Shown one piece after another: positions 34,580 to 35,912 of a stretch of DNA of 35,912 nucleotides (its first letter is position 1; each line of letters opens with the position of its first letter). Under the pieces are notes generated by a model, which was not told where the DNA came from, searched no databases, and worked only from the letters and a program-made list of their open reading frames with translations. Both the position numbers and the translations under genes were made by a program. The stretch comes from Bacillota bacterium (lineage in GTDB: Bacteria > Bacillota > Dethiobacteria > DTU022), in assembly GCA_012510325.1 (NCBI GenBank), contig JAAZIG010000012.1, positions 1 to 35,912 of the forward strand. Reading direction: 5' to 3'.

Positions 34580-35912
34580 TTATGCCGAGGCGCTGCTCCC
34601 TGAAGAGGCTTTGGCCCTGACAGAGCGGCCGATTAAGATTCCCACAACCAGAAAAACAACCATGGAGACCAGCCAGATGGCCAGCAGCAGCAAGCTGACC
34701 TTGTTAAAGCCGGGCTGCAGTTCTCCGGTGATCCCGGTGATCATCTGCTCCAGCCCGGGGATGATCTTCGTGACAATGCCGCCCTTGAGCTCGCCGATAC
34801 CGCCGAGCACGTCGGTGCGAATACCGCTGATGACCAGTCCAAGGCCGTCGCTGACCCCCGGATCACCGCCGGGGTTGGGGGTGAAAGCGGGGTTGGCCAG
34901 ACCGCGGCTAATCTTGGTCAGCCCTTCAATGATCCCCGATTCGCCCTCCACCCGCTCGGTCTTGTTAAAACCGGCGAGCAGCTTGTACGTTCCCGGAATC
35001 ATGATCTCATCCATGCCCTCTTTGATCTCACCCAGCCCGGGGACAATCTCCATGGAGAGGCCGGTGACAATCCCGTCAAGCCCATCGCCGACCGGTCCGG
35101 CCAGCCCGCCGCGGAGCTGGGTGAGACCGCCGACCACGGTGCCTTCTGTCGCGGCATCACCAAGACCGGTTAAAACAGTACCCAACACTTCACTAACCCC
35201 GGGACTGCTCGGATCACCGGTCCCCGATAGACCATAACGAACCTGGGTCAAACCGCCAACGACAGTGCCGTCTGTCGTGGTATCACCAAGACCGGTTAAA
35301 ACAGTCCCCAACACCTCGCTGACACCAGGATTGGCCGGATCTCCGACCCCCGATAGACCATAACGAACCTGAGTCAAACCGGCAACGACAGTACCGTCTG
35401 TTGCGGCATCACCAAGACCGGTTAAAACAGTCCCCAACACCTCGCTGACACCAGGATTGGCCGGATCACCGACCCCGGACAAGCCGTCCTGAATTTTAGT
35501 CAGACCGGGAATAATGGTATCCTCGGCACCATCCAGATAAGCCAACATCATATCAAGACCTGCCAGCATGCCCTCATCTTCATTGATCTTGACTAACAAT
35601 GCATTGAGATATACTTTAGCCTGCGCCAACTTTTGCGCAGCTTCGTCGGGATCTGAAGATGATTCTGCTGCCTCGATTAAACTTATGGCCCCCTGAAGTG
35701 CAGGCACCCCTCCGGTCGTCAGCTCATCCTTAATCTCCGAAATACCACCTTTGATTCCGCTGAGTCCTGGAATGATTTTTTCATCCAGATTCTTAACCAT
35801 AAGGCCGTCAATGGCAGCTTTGATGGAACTAAGACCAAAGATCATCCCCGCGGAAGAATCCGTCAACCCGCCAAGAATCTGATCCAAACCGCCAACCATC
35901 TGGCCGTCAATG
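34580..35912 (-). CDS. Repeat-rich envelope protein with xxxLxxG heptads (YhgE/Pip-like repeats) and a C-terminal TM anchor; 5' end outside the window
   Basis: The frame stays open to the window edge (…IDGQMVGGLDQ). There are repeated GL(T/S)xIxxG(L/I) heptads, three 42-aa tandem units, and a C-terminal hydrophobic helix LLLAIWLVSMVVFLVVGILIG. Confidence 0.7.
   Translation of the reverse strand, partial: IDGQMVGGLDQILGGLTDSSAGMIFGLSSIKAAIDGLMVKNLDEKIIPGLSGIKGGISEIKDELTTGGVPALQGAISLIEAAESSSDPDEAAQKLAQAKVYLNALLVKINEDEGMLAGLDMMLAYLDGAEDTIIPGLTKIQDGLSGVGDPANPGVSEVLGTVLTGLGDAATDGTVVAGLTQVRYGLSGVGDPANPGVSEVLGTVLTGLGDTTTDGTVVGGLTQVRYGLSGTGDPSSPGVSEVLGTVLTGLGDAATEGTVVGGLTQLRGGLAGPVGDGLDGIVTGLSMEIVPGLGEIKEGMDEIMIPGTYKLLAGFNKTERVEGESGIIEGLTKISRGLANPAFTPNPGGDPGVSDGLGLVISGIRTDVLGGIGELKGGIVTKIIPGLEQMITGITGELQPGFNKVSLLLLAIWLVSMVVFLVVGILIGRSVRAKASSGSSASA
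35100..35470. repeat. About 2.9 tandem copies of a 126-bp (42-codon) unit inside the heptad-repeat gene
   Basis: The motif ATCACCAAGACCGGTTAAAACAGT recurs at 35156, 35282 and 35408, an exact 126-bp period. Units 2 and 3 are almost identical over their first ~60 nt. The encoded unit is GVGDPANPGVSEVLGTVLTGLGDAATDGTVVAGLTQVRYGLS. Confidence 0.8.

Noticed and set aside
1-35912. CRISPR arrays, recognisable defence systems, toxin-antitoxin pairs, prophage or integrative elements next to the tRNA
   Set aside because: There are no spaced direct-repeat arrays, no cas, restriction, Abi or TA-like products among the translated ORFs, and no integrase. The only mobile-element trace is the decayed transposase at 2594..3005.

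Overview
The window looks like a chromosomal stretch from a high-GC, spore-forming anaerobic Firmicute (Clostridia, Peptococcaceae or Desulfotomaculum-like). That placement is an inference from cwlD, DUF421/DUF4363, split transketolase, 2-hydroxyacyl-CoA dehydratase genes and selenocysteine use. Most genes are housekeeping or envelope functions. They include a GntR-ABC exporter operon with a clear operator, an M16 peptidase pair, a GT4 glycosyltransferase with a large membrane protein, tRNA-Arg(CCG) and mgtE. Also present are adenine deaminase, MurT, PrsA, hisG, lysC, cwlD and a VanY-like peptidase. Many long ORFs in the track are antisense shadows caused by high GC content. Four things stand out. 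(1) A 907-aa fusion joins a class-III aminotransferase to an acyl-ACP-reductase (AAR)-like domain and has its own promoter and terminator. It would be a one-polypeptide thioester-to-aldehyde-to-amine module, and I know of no characterised example. (2) The ORF track missed a HesB/IscA-like selenoprotein gene (32108..32416, minus strand). It has an in-frame TGA at the conserved cluster-ligand Cys position. (3) A tight five-gene operon has a GSA-aminomutase-like aminotransferase and a split transketolase flanked by two distantly paralogous unknown proteins. (4) A frameshifted IS200/Y1-type transposase relic sits next to an array of TGA(C/G)TCA heptamers. I saw no CRISPR array, recognisable defence system or intact mobile element. 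All homology calls are by eye from memory of family motifs and need HMM or BLAST confirmation.
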